From Thermoplasmatales archaeon (GTDB lineage: Archaea > Thermoplasmatota > Thermoplasmata > Thermoplasmatales > Thermoplasmataceae), in the NCBI GenBank assembly GCA_027310185.1, contig DAIDBH010000017.1:32001-96000 (forward strand): a stretch of 64,000 nucleotides of DNA, read 5' to 3'. Numbering within the stretch: the stretch's first letter is position 1; each line of letters begins with the position of its first letter. The translations under genes and the position numbers were made by a program. Under the pieces are notes generated by a model. The model saw only the letters and a program-made list of their open reading frames with translations. It did not search any database and had not been told where the DNA came from. Shown here piece by piece: positions 10,334 to 19,901 of the stretch.

Positions 10334-11977
10334 CTATTTTGATTGATTATCCATGACCTGAATTTCAACAGATGATGGAAACTGATTTCCATGGAAAACG
10401 TTCTGTTCTGCAATTTTATAATTTCCAGTATCATACTGCTTTCCTGTTAGATTCTGGTTCCTGGCATATTTTGGAAAGGCACTGGATGATATTTCAATCC
10501 TCATTCTGTGATCTTCCCTTATTTCATGTAGCATATACCACATGTCAATGTCTATCCTGATGATTTTTCCAGGTTCATATGGGATTTCCTCAAATGGGCC
10601 ATTTCTATACCTCAATCTTGTTATACCGTCCTGAAGCCTCTGGGCATATCCATCAGGATGCACATCCAGAATCTTCATGGTAAAGTCGGTATCCTCACAA
10701 TCTGAGGATACATATATTCTTCCTGTGATTCTTCCGGCAATTATCAATCCACCTTCCATTTTCCCCGAAGTGTAGACCAGGATATCCTTCCTCTTTTCTA
10801 TTTCGGAATAATCATCCGGCCCCCCAATCTGGGCAAATCCCTCACCAGACAGGTATGGAACTGGATTCATTGGATCATATGAGAACTGATCATTTCTCAT
10901 TCCATACGAAGGTATATCCAAACTCAGGCTCCCATCACCCAGTATGCTTGATGCACTTTTTTCTGATGACAGGTACATATTAACGATTTTACAGTTTTTG
11001 AGTGGCCATTCATTGGATTTTATCCACCTGTTAGGTCCCATGGCAAAAACCCTGACTCTATCCTCATCCCTCACATTCCTCTTTTCAAGGATTGTGTTGA
11101 TCCATTCAGATTCTATTTCAACAAGATCTAGCTTAGAGTCCTTTCCAAAATCAATGTGATCATTCTTTATGTCCCTGTTAACTGCATGTCCCCATGGACC
11201 TATTATGAGACTCTGATTATTCCTTGAAAATTCACTTCTGGAATTTTTTCTCATATTCTCATAATTTATGAATGTGCCTATCTGCTCATCATCGTACCAT
11301 CCTGAAATATGCATTACCGGAAGATCAAGGGAATTCATCTTTCCCTGGTAAAATAGAGGTTTCCAGAATTCACTTTCCGGCCTGTTTATGAAATACTGCC
11401 TCCAGAATGGGATATCAACTCCAATTTTTTCAGGCATGGAAATTAATGGTAAATGTCTGTAGACTTCTTCCCAGTCCACGCTGTTGATATTCTGCATTCC
11501 TCTTCCCCTGAGTGAGAACAGCCATGAGAGGTTCATGGGTGAAGTGTAAACTGATGGATTCTCAACAAAGGGATCTGATGGTGGGACAATACTTATCATT
11601 CCCCTAAGATGTTCAGGTTTCCTCAATGCAGTGAGCCACTGGATCCTTCCTGAATAGGATGCTCCCCATGTGATCACGTTCCCGTTGGACCATGATTTGG
11701 TGGCGAATTCTTCAATGAGCCTGGAACCATCTTCTGCCTCTGAAAAATATGGCGTGAATGTTCCATCTGATTCTCCCCTTCCCCTCACGTCATTTGCAAT
11801 GAATACGAAACCCATTTTGTTGAATTCCATTGCTGTGTTTAGCAACTCGTCTGAGTTCTTTCCGTATGGAGTCCTGAAAAGTATTACCGTGTTCCTTCCC
11901 TTTTCTACTGGTAGGTAGATATCTGAGGACAATTCGATTCCGTCCCGCATTTTAGTTCTTTCATCATAAATAATCAT
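10334..11977 (-). CDS. CocE/NonD-family serine hydrolase (S15-like)
   Basis: MRDG..L..DIY.P, RTPY, DVRGRGESDG, GASYSG, GWYD, GPWGH, SSAFP. Confidence 0.88.
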   Translation of the reverse strand: MIIYDERTKMRDGIELSSDIYLPVEKGRNTVILFRTPYGKNSDELLNTAMEFNKMGFVFIANDVRGRGESDGTFTPYFSEAEDGSRLIEEFATKSWSNGNVITWGASYSGRIQWLTALRKPEHLRGMISIVPPSDPFVENPSVYTSPMNLSWLFSLRGRGMQNINSVDWEEVYRHLPLISMPEKIGVDIPFWRQYFINRPESEFWKPLFYQGKMNSLDLPVMHISGWYDDEQIGTFINYENMRKNSRSEFSRNNQSLIIGPWGHAVNRDIKNDHIDFGKDSKLDLVEIESEWINTILEKRNVRDEDRVRVFAMGPNRWIKSNEWPLKNCKIVNMYLSSEKSASSILGDGSLSLDIPSYGMRNDQFSYDPMNPVPYLSGEGFAQIGGPDDYSEIEKRKDILVYTSGKMEGGLIIAGRITGRIYVSSDCEDTDFTMKILDVHPDGYAQRLQDGITRLRYRNGPFEEIPYEPGKIIRIDIDMWYMLHEIREDHRMRIEISSSAFPKYARNQNLTGKQYDTGNYKIAEQNVFHGNQFPSSVEIQVMDNQSK

Positions 11978-12027
11978 ATAATTTTCAGATCATAAATTGA
12001 ACTAAATATATAAAAGAAACATTGTTC

Positions 12028-13239
12028 TTAATACAGCATTATTTCTTTTATCTTTTCCCTGTATCTCCTCAAATCTTCCTGATAATTTTCTATAATATCT
12101 ACAGGATTCGCTCCTGATATGGTCCCATTTCTTATTTCCCGGTTTCCTGCAACAGAATCGAAATAGTGATCATGGAATTCTATCTTATCAGGGTGCAATC
12201 CATATATGGATGATATTAGATGGACCACAAATTCAAATGGCCTGAAAATATTCCTGTTGATCACGTTGATCATAAGTCCATTGCACTTCTCACCGGTGTA
12301 CTTGGAAAAATATGGCTTGAATCTTATCTCATTGAGCATGACTCCTGCAGGATTATGTTTCTCAAGATCGGAGATCAGCTTTCCTGCATCAAGCCATGGA
12401 GCTCCTATAATCTCAAATGGCTTTGTTGTTCCCCTTCCCTCCGATATGTTTGTTCCTTCTAGGAGGACACACCCTGGATACACTGTGGCTGTATTCAAAG
12501 TTGGCATATTTGGGGAAGGCATGGTCCATGGGATTCCCAGCTGATCATACCACATATCTCTTTTCCATTCCTTCATTTTAACTACGTTTAGCCTGACCGT
12601 TTCCTTTGCCATATTACGATTGAAGAATGTTGCAATTTCCCCTACTGTTAAGGAGTGTTTTACTGGTACTGGCATAGCACCGATAAAGGATTGAAGATTA
12701 TCCAGAAGCAATGGTCCATCAGGATTGTTTCCACTCAAAGGATTTGGCCTGTCAAGAACAATAAAATCTATGTCAGTGCCGCCCGTTATTTCCATGGCAT
12801 ATACCATGGTAGCAATATATGTATAAATCCTGCATCCCACGTCCTGAAGATCGAATATCAGGGTGTCAAACTGATCAATGATCTCTCTTGAAATCAATTT
12901 TGAGGAGTCCTTGATTGAATCGGTCTCCCTCATTTCCCTGTCAATATCATTAGAACCTGAACTATTTTTAGAATCAGGTTTCCTGTAAAGACTTTCTACC
13001 TGAACCCCAAGTGCAGAATCATAATATGATTCGACAGTCTCTCCAGACTGGTAATCACCAAAATAACCGTGCTCAGGAGTGAGGAGGGTAAGGCTTTTGT
13101 AACCACCAACTTTCTTCACTATCTCAAGGGATGATTTTCCTTCCCGGTTTCTTGCAGAGTTGTTTGTTATCAGGCCAACTCTCTTGCCTTCGATGAATTT
13201 TTCCCTTATGGAACCTATCTGGTCAATTCCCATCAGCAT
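12028..13239 (-). CDS. namZ: Exo-beta-N-acetylmuramidase (DUF1343/GH171), copy 1
   Basis: GLITN, PEHG, DLQDVGCRIYTYI, DRPNP, PSPNMP, LEGTNISEGRGTTKPFE; start moved to ATG 13239. Confidence 0.92.
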   Translation of the reverse strand: MLMGIDQIGSIREKFIEGKRVGLITNNSARNREGKSSLEIVKKVGGYKSLTLLTPEHGYFGDYQSGETVESYYDSALGVQVESLYRKPDSKNSSGSNDIDREMRETDSIKDSSKLISREIIDQFDTLIFDLQDVGCRIYTYIATMVYAMEITGGTDIDFIVLDRPNPLSGNNPDGPLLLDNLQSFIGAMPVPVKHSLTVGEIATFFNRNMAKETVRLNVVKMKEWKRDMWYDQLGIPWTMPSPNMPTLNTATVYPGCVLLEGTNISEGRGTTKPFEIIGAPWLDAGKLISDLEKHNPAGVMLNEIRFKPYFSKYTGEKCNGLMINVINRNIFRPFEFVVHLISSIYGLHPDKIEFHDHYFDSVAGNREIRNGTISGANPVDIIENYQEDLRRYREKIKEIMLY

Positions 13240-13298
13240 GGCTGCATATTGGTAGGAAGAATTTAAATTATAATGTTTGTTGTTTCCCTCGCAAACAA

Positions 13299-13988
13299 TC
13301 ACAGGCTTTTTGTGACCCGACCTATCTTTTCAAATATTTCATGAAGACTTTTTGAGTATTTACTTCCATCAAAAAGATTATTCACCGACACGCTTGCAGA
13401 ATTTCCATTGGCATGTATCATGTTCCCATCACCAAGGTAGAGACCCACATGACCCTTGAAAAATACAAGGTCTCCCGGTTTTGCGTTGTCAAAGCTGTCA
13501 ATGGTGGTGGTGAAATCCCTCTGTGCCCCAGAATTCCTTGGAATCTGTATACCTGTGAATTTATAAAGCCGTTGAACAAAACCTGAACAGTCATAACCAA
13601 ATTCAGAGGTTCCTCCCCATAGGTATGGTACACCAATAAACTCCTTGGAAAGATCACAAACAGAGAAATTGTTGTCTGAAAACCTGATAAGCTTATTATC
13701 AGGTATACTGTATTTTTCAGCCTCTTCCTTGCTTACATAGGAACCGAATGGTAGTTTTATTTCTGGGTGGCTGTGGAATCTTCTTAACTTGAATGCTTTC
13801 TCAGTGTGTTCAGTTATTATATTTGTCTTCACGTATCCTTTAACATGATCCTGGGTTTGAATTAAAGAATAGGCGTCTCCCCTTTCCAGGAGGTCAAATC
13901 TTTCTCCAAAAACTACCTGTGTTTCTCTTTCAGATTCAAACATTGCCTTACTTCTTAAATCTCCTACACCTATCCGTACCTGATACAT
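13299..13988 (-). CDS. ykfC: SH3-like + NlpC/P60 gamma-D-glutamyl-diamino acid endopeptidase (YkfC-like)
   Basis: ETQVVFGE N-domain, GVPYLWGG, DCSGFVQ, PGDLVFF, GHVGLY, IHA. Confidence 0.85.
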   Translation of the reverse strand: MYQVRIGVGDLRSKAMFESERETQVVFGERFDLLERGDAYSLIQTQDHVKGYVKTNIITEHTEKAFKLRRFHSHPEIKLPFGSYVSKEEAEKYSIPDNKLIRFSDNNFSVCDLSKEFIGVPYLWGGTSEFGYDCSGFVQRLYKFTGIQIPRNSGAQRDFTTTIDSFDNAKPGDLVFFKGHVGLYLGDGNMIHANGNSASVSVNNLFDGSKYSKSLHEIFEKIGRVTKSL

Positions 13989-13996
13989 CGTGCAAG

Positions 13997-14013
13997 ATAT
14001 CCCTTAGGGATAT
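13997..14013. promoter_or_regulatory. 17-bp palindrome, candidate operator
   Basis: ATATCCCT-T-AGGGATAT, 9-25 nt upstream of the NlpC/P60 start. Confidence 0.4.
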
Positions 14014-14098
14014 GAAACTTATTATTGCTTACTGATCTCTTTAATACCTGAATTTTGGAATTATATAAAGGTAGATTCGAATCAATAGAGTCACTATG

Positions 14099-14133
14099 GT
14101 TATCTTTCCTAATTTCAATGTTGGAAAGATAAC
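14099..14133. repeat. 11-bp inverted repeat in a divergent intergenic region
   Basis: GTTATCTTTCC-N13-GGAAAGATAAC. Confidence 0.5.
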
Positions 14134-14206
14134 ATCACACCTATGGAATTAAGACTAAGGTATTATATTAAAGAAGCACTTTTAGTAAGGAACCTGTGAG
14201 AAGAAC

Positions 14207-14737
14207 ATGAATGTTGTAAATGTGATAATTTTGCTGGGATGCCGATCATCTGGATGCGCCCCCACTGAAGAGCTTAAGGGTAGGGCAGGAGAAGCAGTGA
14301 ATTTATATAGGTCCCTCAATGGAGAAGCAATTATAATCCCATCAGGCGGAGTCACGGAGAAGGGATGCGGAATATCAGAAGCTGAATTTATGTTAAGAGA
14401 ACTTTTGAAATATGGCATCCCCAGAGAAAAGATAATTATGGAGGAAAAAGCTGGAACCACTATCGGAAACGCATTCTTTTCAAAATTGCTTTTGGAGAGA
14501 AATGGAATCGAGTACGAGAAGATTCATATTATCAGTTCATGCTATCACATGAAGAGATCAGAGTATATTTTCAAAAATATATTTTCTATAGATGATATTG
14601 GAACTGGTTATTGCTTTGGAGAGTCAATGGAAAGAGAAAGTGAAACAGAAAAACTCCGTAGGGACTCCATGATTTTGAAAAATATCAGAGGAAGATCTAC
14701 AGAAGAGGTGGAGAATAATTTCAGGGAATATCTCTGA
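14207..14737 (+). CDS. YdcF/ElyC/SanA (DUF218) family protein
   Basis: IILLG, IIPSGG, SEAEFM, EEKAGTTIGNA, SS.YHMKRS. Confidence 0.85.
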   Translation: MNVVNVIILLGCRSSGCAPTEELKGRAGEAVNLYRSLNGEAIIIPSGGVTEKGCGISEAEFMLRELLKYGIPREKIIMEEKAGTTIGNAFFSKLLLERNGIEYEKIHIISSCYHMKRSEYIFKNIFSIDDIGTGYCFGESMERESETEKLRRDSMILKNIRGRSTEEVENNFREYL

Positions 14738-14776
14738 AGATTGAAAATATTTTTTTAATCGTAAGATATTGTGCCG

Positions 14777-16069
14777 CTACTCATATTTTTTAGCAATTTC
14801 ATGGAATTTTGTGTGCCTAACAAGATCCTCGAAATTATCCCCTTCCCTTATTGTTATAATTTTCCCATCTGTGAACAGTAATTCTCTTGGAAGAAGCCTG
14901 CCATTGTAATTGCTTGCCATTGACATTGTATACGCCCCGCAGTTGAAAACAGCAACCGTATCTCCAGTGTGTGGTTCTGGCAATATAATATCCTTTCCTA
15001 TCCTGTCAGTATTTTCACATATTTGCCCTGTGACATCTGTTTTAAATGTTCTTTCCTCATCCATCCTGTTTGCTATTAGTATATGATGATAAGCACCGTA
15101 AAGAGCGGGCCTCATGAGCAGGTTCATGCCTATATCTGTACCTGTAAAGTTTGACTCCTGAATTTTCACATCTGTAATCTTCCCGATTAACAACCCCATG
15201 TTGGAACTTATATATCTCCCAGGTTCAATCACAAGCCTGGGCAATTGTCGACCTTTTCCAGAGTAAAAAGCCGTAAATATTTCTGCTATGTTTTTTGCAG
15301 TGGCAATGATGTCTAATTCCTCTTCCTCCGGCCTGTATGGTACTCCAAATCCACCTCCAATGTCCACGAATTCAAATTCTATACCCAGCTCTTCCTCAAA
15401 ATTTTTTACAACTTCAAGAATCTTTTGAGATACTAATTTGAAGTGGTCCGCGTTTCTAACATTGGATCCGGCCATAACATGTATTCCAAATCTCCTGCAC
15501 CCCTTCTCCTTTGCTTCCCTGTATCCCTGTAATGCGAATTCCGGAATTTCGCCAAATTTAGCACCCTTGCCTGCCGTCTTGATGCCAGGAAACTCCCCCT
15601 TTCCATAATCGATCTTAATCCTGAAACTCACTATTTCTGGTAAGTGATCACCTGCCAATCTGAACTGAGATAGAGAATCAAAGTTAATGGTTATATTCCT
15701 GTCTATTGCATATCTCATTTCCTCTGGTGTAACATTATTTGGTGTAAATGATATATTATCGGGAGATACGCCACTTACAAGAGCTATTTTAATTTCGTTT
15801 AATGATGATGCATCCATTCCACATCCTTCCCGTGCAAGTAAGGAGATCAGTGAAGGGTTGAAATTTGATTTTATTGCAAAATCTATGGAAATATTTTTGA
15901 AATACCTAAAGAAAGCATCTCTTATTCGTTTATAATTAGAAATAAGAATCTTTTCAGAATAAAGGATGGAAGGTGTTCCATAGTCCCTTGCAACCTTTAA
16001 AACGTCAATTCCATCCCAGAATAAATTTCCATTTCTGTTTTCCGCATAACGTGGCAGGATTTCATCCAT
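14777..16069 (-). CDS. lysA: Diaminopimelate decarboxylase
   Basis: YGTP, AIKSN (PLP Lys), AKFG, DIGGGFG, EPGR, RPALYGA, GQICENTD, GAY..SMASNYN. Confidence 0.92.
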   Translation of the reverse strand: MDEILPRYAENRNGNLFWDGIDVLKVARDYGTPSILYSEKILISNYKRIRDAFFRYFKNISIDFAIKSNFNPSLISLLAREGCGMDASSLNEIKIALVSGVSPDNISFTPNNVTPEEMRYAIDRNITINFDSLSQFRLAGDHLPEIVSFRIKIDYGKGEFPGIKTAGKGAKFGEIPEFALQGYREAKEKGCRRFGIHVMAGSNVRNADHFKLVSQKILEVVKNFEEELGIEFEFVDIGGGFGVPYRPEEEELDIIATAKNIAEIFTAFYSGKGRQLPRLVIEPGRYISSNMGLLIGKITDVKIQESNFTGTDIGMNLLMRPALYGAYHHILIANRMDEERTFKTDVTGQICENTDRIGKDIILPEPHTGDTVAVFNCGAYTMSMASNYNGRLLPRELLFTDGKIITIREGDNFEDLVRHTKFHEIAKKYE

Positions 16070-16242
16070 TTTATGTCATTTTATCTAGGTTATTTAACAT
16101 ATCTAGTGAGTGTCAAATCCCTGCCTTCACTGCCCTGGAAATAAGAGGTTAAAAGTAATAGAAATTTTCTCATGGAATCTAAAATCAATTGCAAGTTTTT
16201 GTGGACAGTTTATGTTTATATTTTGCTGGCCGAACTAAATTT

Positions 16243-17253
16243 CTAAATTCTGGAATGGATCATCTTTTTCATCTTCAGATATCGATATTCCAGGATAGTT
16301 TTAGTTAAAGCGGCTTCGGGAATCACATATTCAAAACCATGGAATATGCCCTCATAAACATGCAGATCCACCCTTCTCTTAGAGTTAAGAATTCTACTGG
16401 CAAATGCAACTGATTCGTCCCTGAAAACCTCATCAAACCCAACTTCTATATAAGTTTCTGGAAAACCTTCCAGATCAGTTGCAAGTGATGGAGAAGCAAG
16501 TTCTGATACCTCTTCCTGTGAACCAAGATAGCCTTTCCATCCAAGTTTGTTATAGTATGTTGACCAGAATGGCCAGTTACCATCATACTGTGTGCTTGAA
16601 AGGCTATTGTTCTTGTAATCAAGCATCGGTGCCATAAGAAAAAGGTTCCTTATTTGGGGGCCATTTTCCCTGATTGAGCGTATAGCGACGGATGCTGCAA
16701 GACCTCCTCCAGCGCTTTCTCCCATTACAGATAATCTTTCAGCATCAATTCCAAGTTTCTCAGCATTGTTGTAACAGTATTGAAATCCAATATAACAGTC
16801 ATCTTGAGGTGTGGGGAATTTAAATTCAGGAGCCAGCCTGTATTCTATGTCCATAATGATGCAGTCCAGTGTCTTTGAAATTAAGGCCATCCTATTTATG
16901 TCCTCATCTATTCCTCCAACGAGTAGACCCCCGCCATGTATATGATATATGCATGGAAGATGATCTCTTGCCCCAGCTGGTGAATAGACCTTTGCCCTGA
17001 TGTGCGTGCCAGGAGATAAATCATCTATATCTTTGATATCAACTGCAGGCACTGCAACTGATTCTGAAGTGTCCTCTGAAGATTTTCTAGAATCCAGTAA
17101 ATATTGCTTGAATTTCTCAACCCTTTCATCCACGTTAGAGATTTTGTCTAAATTTTCAATGTTCTTTCCAACAACCAGAGACCTCCTTTCTGCCTCTCCT
17201 TTAACTTCCTCCACAAGGTCGTATACCTTGGGATGAATTCGGTCTGCTTCCAT
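16243..17253 (-). CDS. HSL-family alpha/beta hydrolase (esterase)
   Basis: HGGG, YRLAPE, GESAGG, HGF; start moved to ATG 17253. Confidence 0.88.
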   Translation of the reverse strand: MEADRIHPKVYDLVEEVKGEAERRSLVVGKNIENLDKISNVDERVEKFKQYLLDSRKSSEDTSESVAVPAVDIKDIDDLSPGTHIRAKVYSPAGARDHLPCIYHIHGGGLLVGGIDEDINRMALISKTLDCIIMDIEYRLAPEFKFPTPQDDCYIGFQYCYNNAEKLGIDAERLSVMGESAGGGLAASVAIRSIRENGPQIRNLFLMAPMLDYKNNSLSSTQYDGNWPFWSTYYNKLGWKGYLGSQEEVSELASPSLATDLEGFPETYIEVGFDEVFRDESVAFASRILNSKRRVDLHVYEGIFHGFEYVIPEAALTKTILEYRYLKMKKMIHSRI

Positions 17254-17302
17254 TGGAAGTATAATGCTTCCTGAATGAATAATTATTCTCATTAATGCTC
17301 AG

Positions 17303-17340
17303 TGAGATGCTTTAAACGCGAAATTCAACATCGCATCTCA
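17303..17340. repeat. 8-bp inverted repeat in a divergent promoter region
   Basis: TGAGATGC-N22-GCATCTCA. Confidence 0.35.
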
Positions 17341-17579
17341 AATATTCAGACAAATATTAAAGCGCACAAACAATTATTTAGAATAAAATTAAATAGTCTC
17401 ATTTCAGGGGTGGAGGTTATTCTTTTAATCGATGTGAAAAATGGGTGAAGATTAGTATTGATAGTGATAGGAAAAAATCTGTTGAATTTTAGATGTGATT
17501 ATTACAAAGGCGATTATATGGAGGAATTAAGGATATCCTGGGATAAATAATATTATTATGTTAATTCAGATACAATCCA

Positions 17580-18680
17580 ATGCCATTTAATCTTGGAATT
17601 GAAAATCTTGCAAGGAATAACGTGAATGAGAATGCAGCCCTATTAACAAATGCAAGCGGAGTCATTCAGCATTTAGAGCAGAATGTTGATTTCCTGCTGA
17701 AGAAGGGCTTTAAAATAAAGAAGATATTTACAGCAGAGCATGGATTTTATGGAACGCTTAATGATGGGGATGATGTCAAAAATGAGACCTATAACGGAAT
17801 CGGTGTCATATCAATATATTCTGCAGATAGAAAGTCCATAAAACCAGAAGAACTTGAAGATGTGGATACAGTCGTATATGACCTGCAGGATGCCGGAACA
17901 AGACCATATACATTCATCTCTTCCCTTAAAAATCTGTTGATTACCGCCTCAGAGCTTGGAAAGAAAGTTGTTGTGTGTGATCGGCCAAATCCGCTTTCCA
18001 ATGTTATAGAAGGACCTGTTTTGAAAAGAGAATTCGTTTCATTTGTTGGTGCCGATGAATTCCCACTGAGATACGGGATGACCATTGGAGAATTAGCTCA
18101 ATTCATGAATAGAAACATAAGTTCAGATCTAAGTATATCAAAGATGACGGATTATGATCCTTCTAGATATTATGATTATCATTTGAAATATTATGTCCCA
18201 CCGTCACTGAATCTCAATTCGCTGGATTCAATGTTCAATTTTTCCGGGATGGTATTGCTGGAAGCAGCTAAAGTAAGTGTTGGCAGAGGGACTCCCTATC
18301 CATTCCTGCAGTTCGGTATGGAAAATCTACCAGACCTGAAACCAGATGAATTCGAAGGTGTGATTCTGCGGAAGACCTCATTTATCTCATTGCTTGATCC
18401 TCTTAAAGATAAGAAACTCAAAGGGTATTTTATCCATATAAAGGATAGAAAACTTTACAGCAGCATAAGGATGGTTGCTTCCGTCATGAAGAAGATCTAT
18501 GAGATGGACAGGACCCTGATCAATTTCAAAAAGTTGAATCTCAATTACGGTTCTGATGAGATGTCAAAATGGCTGGAGAGAAATGGAACAGTGCTGGAAC
18601 TTTATGAGCAGATGGATTCAGAATGTGCTGGGTTCTTGAATACCAGAAAAGATTACGCACTTTACAAGTCACCTTCTTAA
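17580..18680 (+). CDS. namZ: Exo-beta-N-acetylmuramidase (DUF1343/GH171), divergent copy 2
   Basis: LLTN, AEHG, DLQDAGTRPYTFI, DRPNP, GMTIGELA, PPSLN, LLE...SVGRGT. Confidence 0.88.
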   Translation: MPFNLGIENLARNNVNENAALLTNASGVIQHLEQNVDFLLKKGFKIKKIFTAEHGFYGTLNDGDDVKNETYNGIGVISIYSADRKSIKPEELEDVDTVVYDLQDAGTRPYTFISSLKNLLITASELGKKVVVCDRPNPLSNVIEGPVLKREFVSFVGADEFPLRYGMTIGELAQFMNRNISSDLSISKMTDYDPSRYYDYHLKYYVPPSLNLNSLDSMFNFSGMVLLEAAKVSVGRGTPYPFLQFGMENLPDLKPDEFEGVILRKTSFISLLDPLKDKKLKGYFIHIKDRKLYSSIRMVASVMKKIYEMDRTLINFKKLNLNYGSDEMSKWLERNGTVLELYEQMDSECAGFLNTRKDYALYKSPS

Positions 18681-18730
18681 AGTGTCCAAAATCTCCCTGT
18701 ACCAGGATTGCTTTGACTTTTCGCCTTTTT

Positions 18731-19702
18731 TCACTCAACCATGGATTCCATAGGTTCAATATATGGTTCTGATTCTGTTATTCTGACCCTCAGATTGAGT
18801 GGGATTAACATCTGTTCATTTCCATGCCCAAAAGGTGCCATTGCAAGGGAGGGTTTTGCATTCTTTACCATGTATTCCTTAATCACATCTTCAATAGATG
18901 GCTTCCCTTCTCCCGAGGTTGATCTATTTTTGAATTCGCCGAATACAAATCCTGAGAGCTGGTTGATAGTGCCATTAAGCGTCATTATATCCAGATATCT
19001 TTCTATATCAACCGATCTTTCATTCGTGTCCTCGCAGAATAGAACCTTTCCATTGAATTCTGGCATATATGGCGTGCCAGTTAGGGATGAAAAGACGGAC
19101 ATGTTGGTTCCCATGGACCTCCCCTGTGCACTTCCTTCAACCACATATTTTACCAGTCTTTTTATGTAAGGCTTCAGATCTGACAGTTCTCCCCTGAAAA
19201 TCCTGAACATTATTTCCAGTTTTTCTCCACGAAATTCTTCTGTATCCGTATCTGGCATTGGACCATGGAATGTAACAAGTCCGGAAAGCTTATTTATGGC
19301 CATATGAAGATTTGTTATATCACTGTAGCCCATGAATATCTTGGGGTGCTCACGTATAACATCAAAGTCAAGAAACGGTAAAGTCTGTCTTGCACCATGG
19401 CCTCCTCTTGCACAGAATATTGCCTTTACATTATCGTCCGTAAAGGCATCCATTAATTCCTTAGCCCTTAATTCAGGGTTTGCAGAATGGTAATTATCCT
19501 GGTTAAGCTTTTTCACGTTGATGCCGTAAGTGACTCTATAACCAAGTTTAGTTATTTCTTCTGCAGATTGACTTAGAGGTATAATTTCAGGGTAACTTGA
19601 GGGAGCGATTATTCTTATTTCTTCACCTATTTTCAGTCTAGATGGTTTTATTACCTCTTTCTGTTCCTTATAATCTTCATAGCTTCCTTTCATTTTATTC
19701 AA
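18731..19702 (-). CDS. ldcA: LD-carboxypeptidase (S66, LdcA/YkfA-like)
   Basis: IIAPSS, ARGGHG, GYSDIT (catalytic Ser), FHGPM, LFCED, FGH. Confidence 0.9.
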   Translation of the reverse strand: MNKMKGSYEDYKEQKEVIKPSRLKIGEEIRIIAPSSYPEIIPLSQSAEEITKLGYRVTYGINVKKLNQDNYHSANPELRAKELMDAFTDDNVKAIFCARGGHGARQTLPFLDFDVIREHPKIFMGYSDITNLHMAINKLSGLVTFHGPMPDTDTEEFRGEKLEIMFRIFRGELSDLKPYIKRLVKYVVEGSAQGRSMGTNMSVFSSLTGTPYMPEFNGKVLFCEDTNERSVDIERYLDIMTLNGTINQLSGFVFGEFKNRSTSGEGKPSIEDVIKEYMVKNAKPSLAMAPFGHGNEQMLIPLNLRVRITESEPYIEPMESMVE

Positions 19703-19782
19703 TTTGTAATATGGACTCCATATAATAAATTTTTAATTGGCTAAAAGAAACCTTTTACTAACTTCCTTGGAATAAATAATAA

Positions 19783-19826
19783 ACAGAGTTTTTTAAATTC
19801 AAACACTGAATCCCCAAAAACTCTGT
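19783..19826 (-). other. Extended intergenic hairpin
   Basis: ACAGAGTTTTT/AAAAACTCTGT outer 11-bp stem plus inner ATTCA/TGAAT stem. Confidence 0.5.
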
Positions 19827-19901
19827 CAATAATATAATAGTAGAAATTGAAATTGAGCTTACAATAACATGATAAAATAAAAAAGTGATAAAGATTTGTT
19901 A

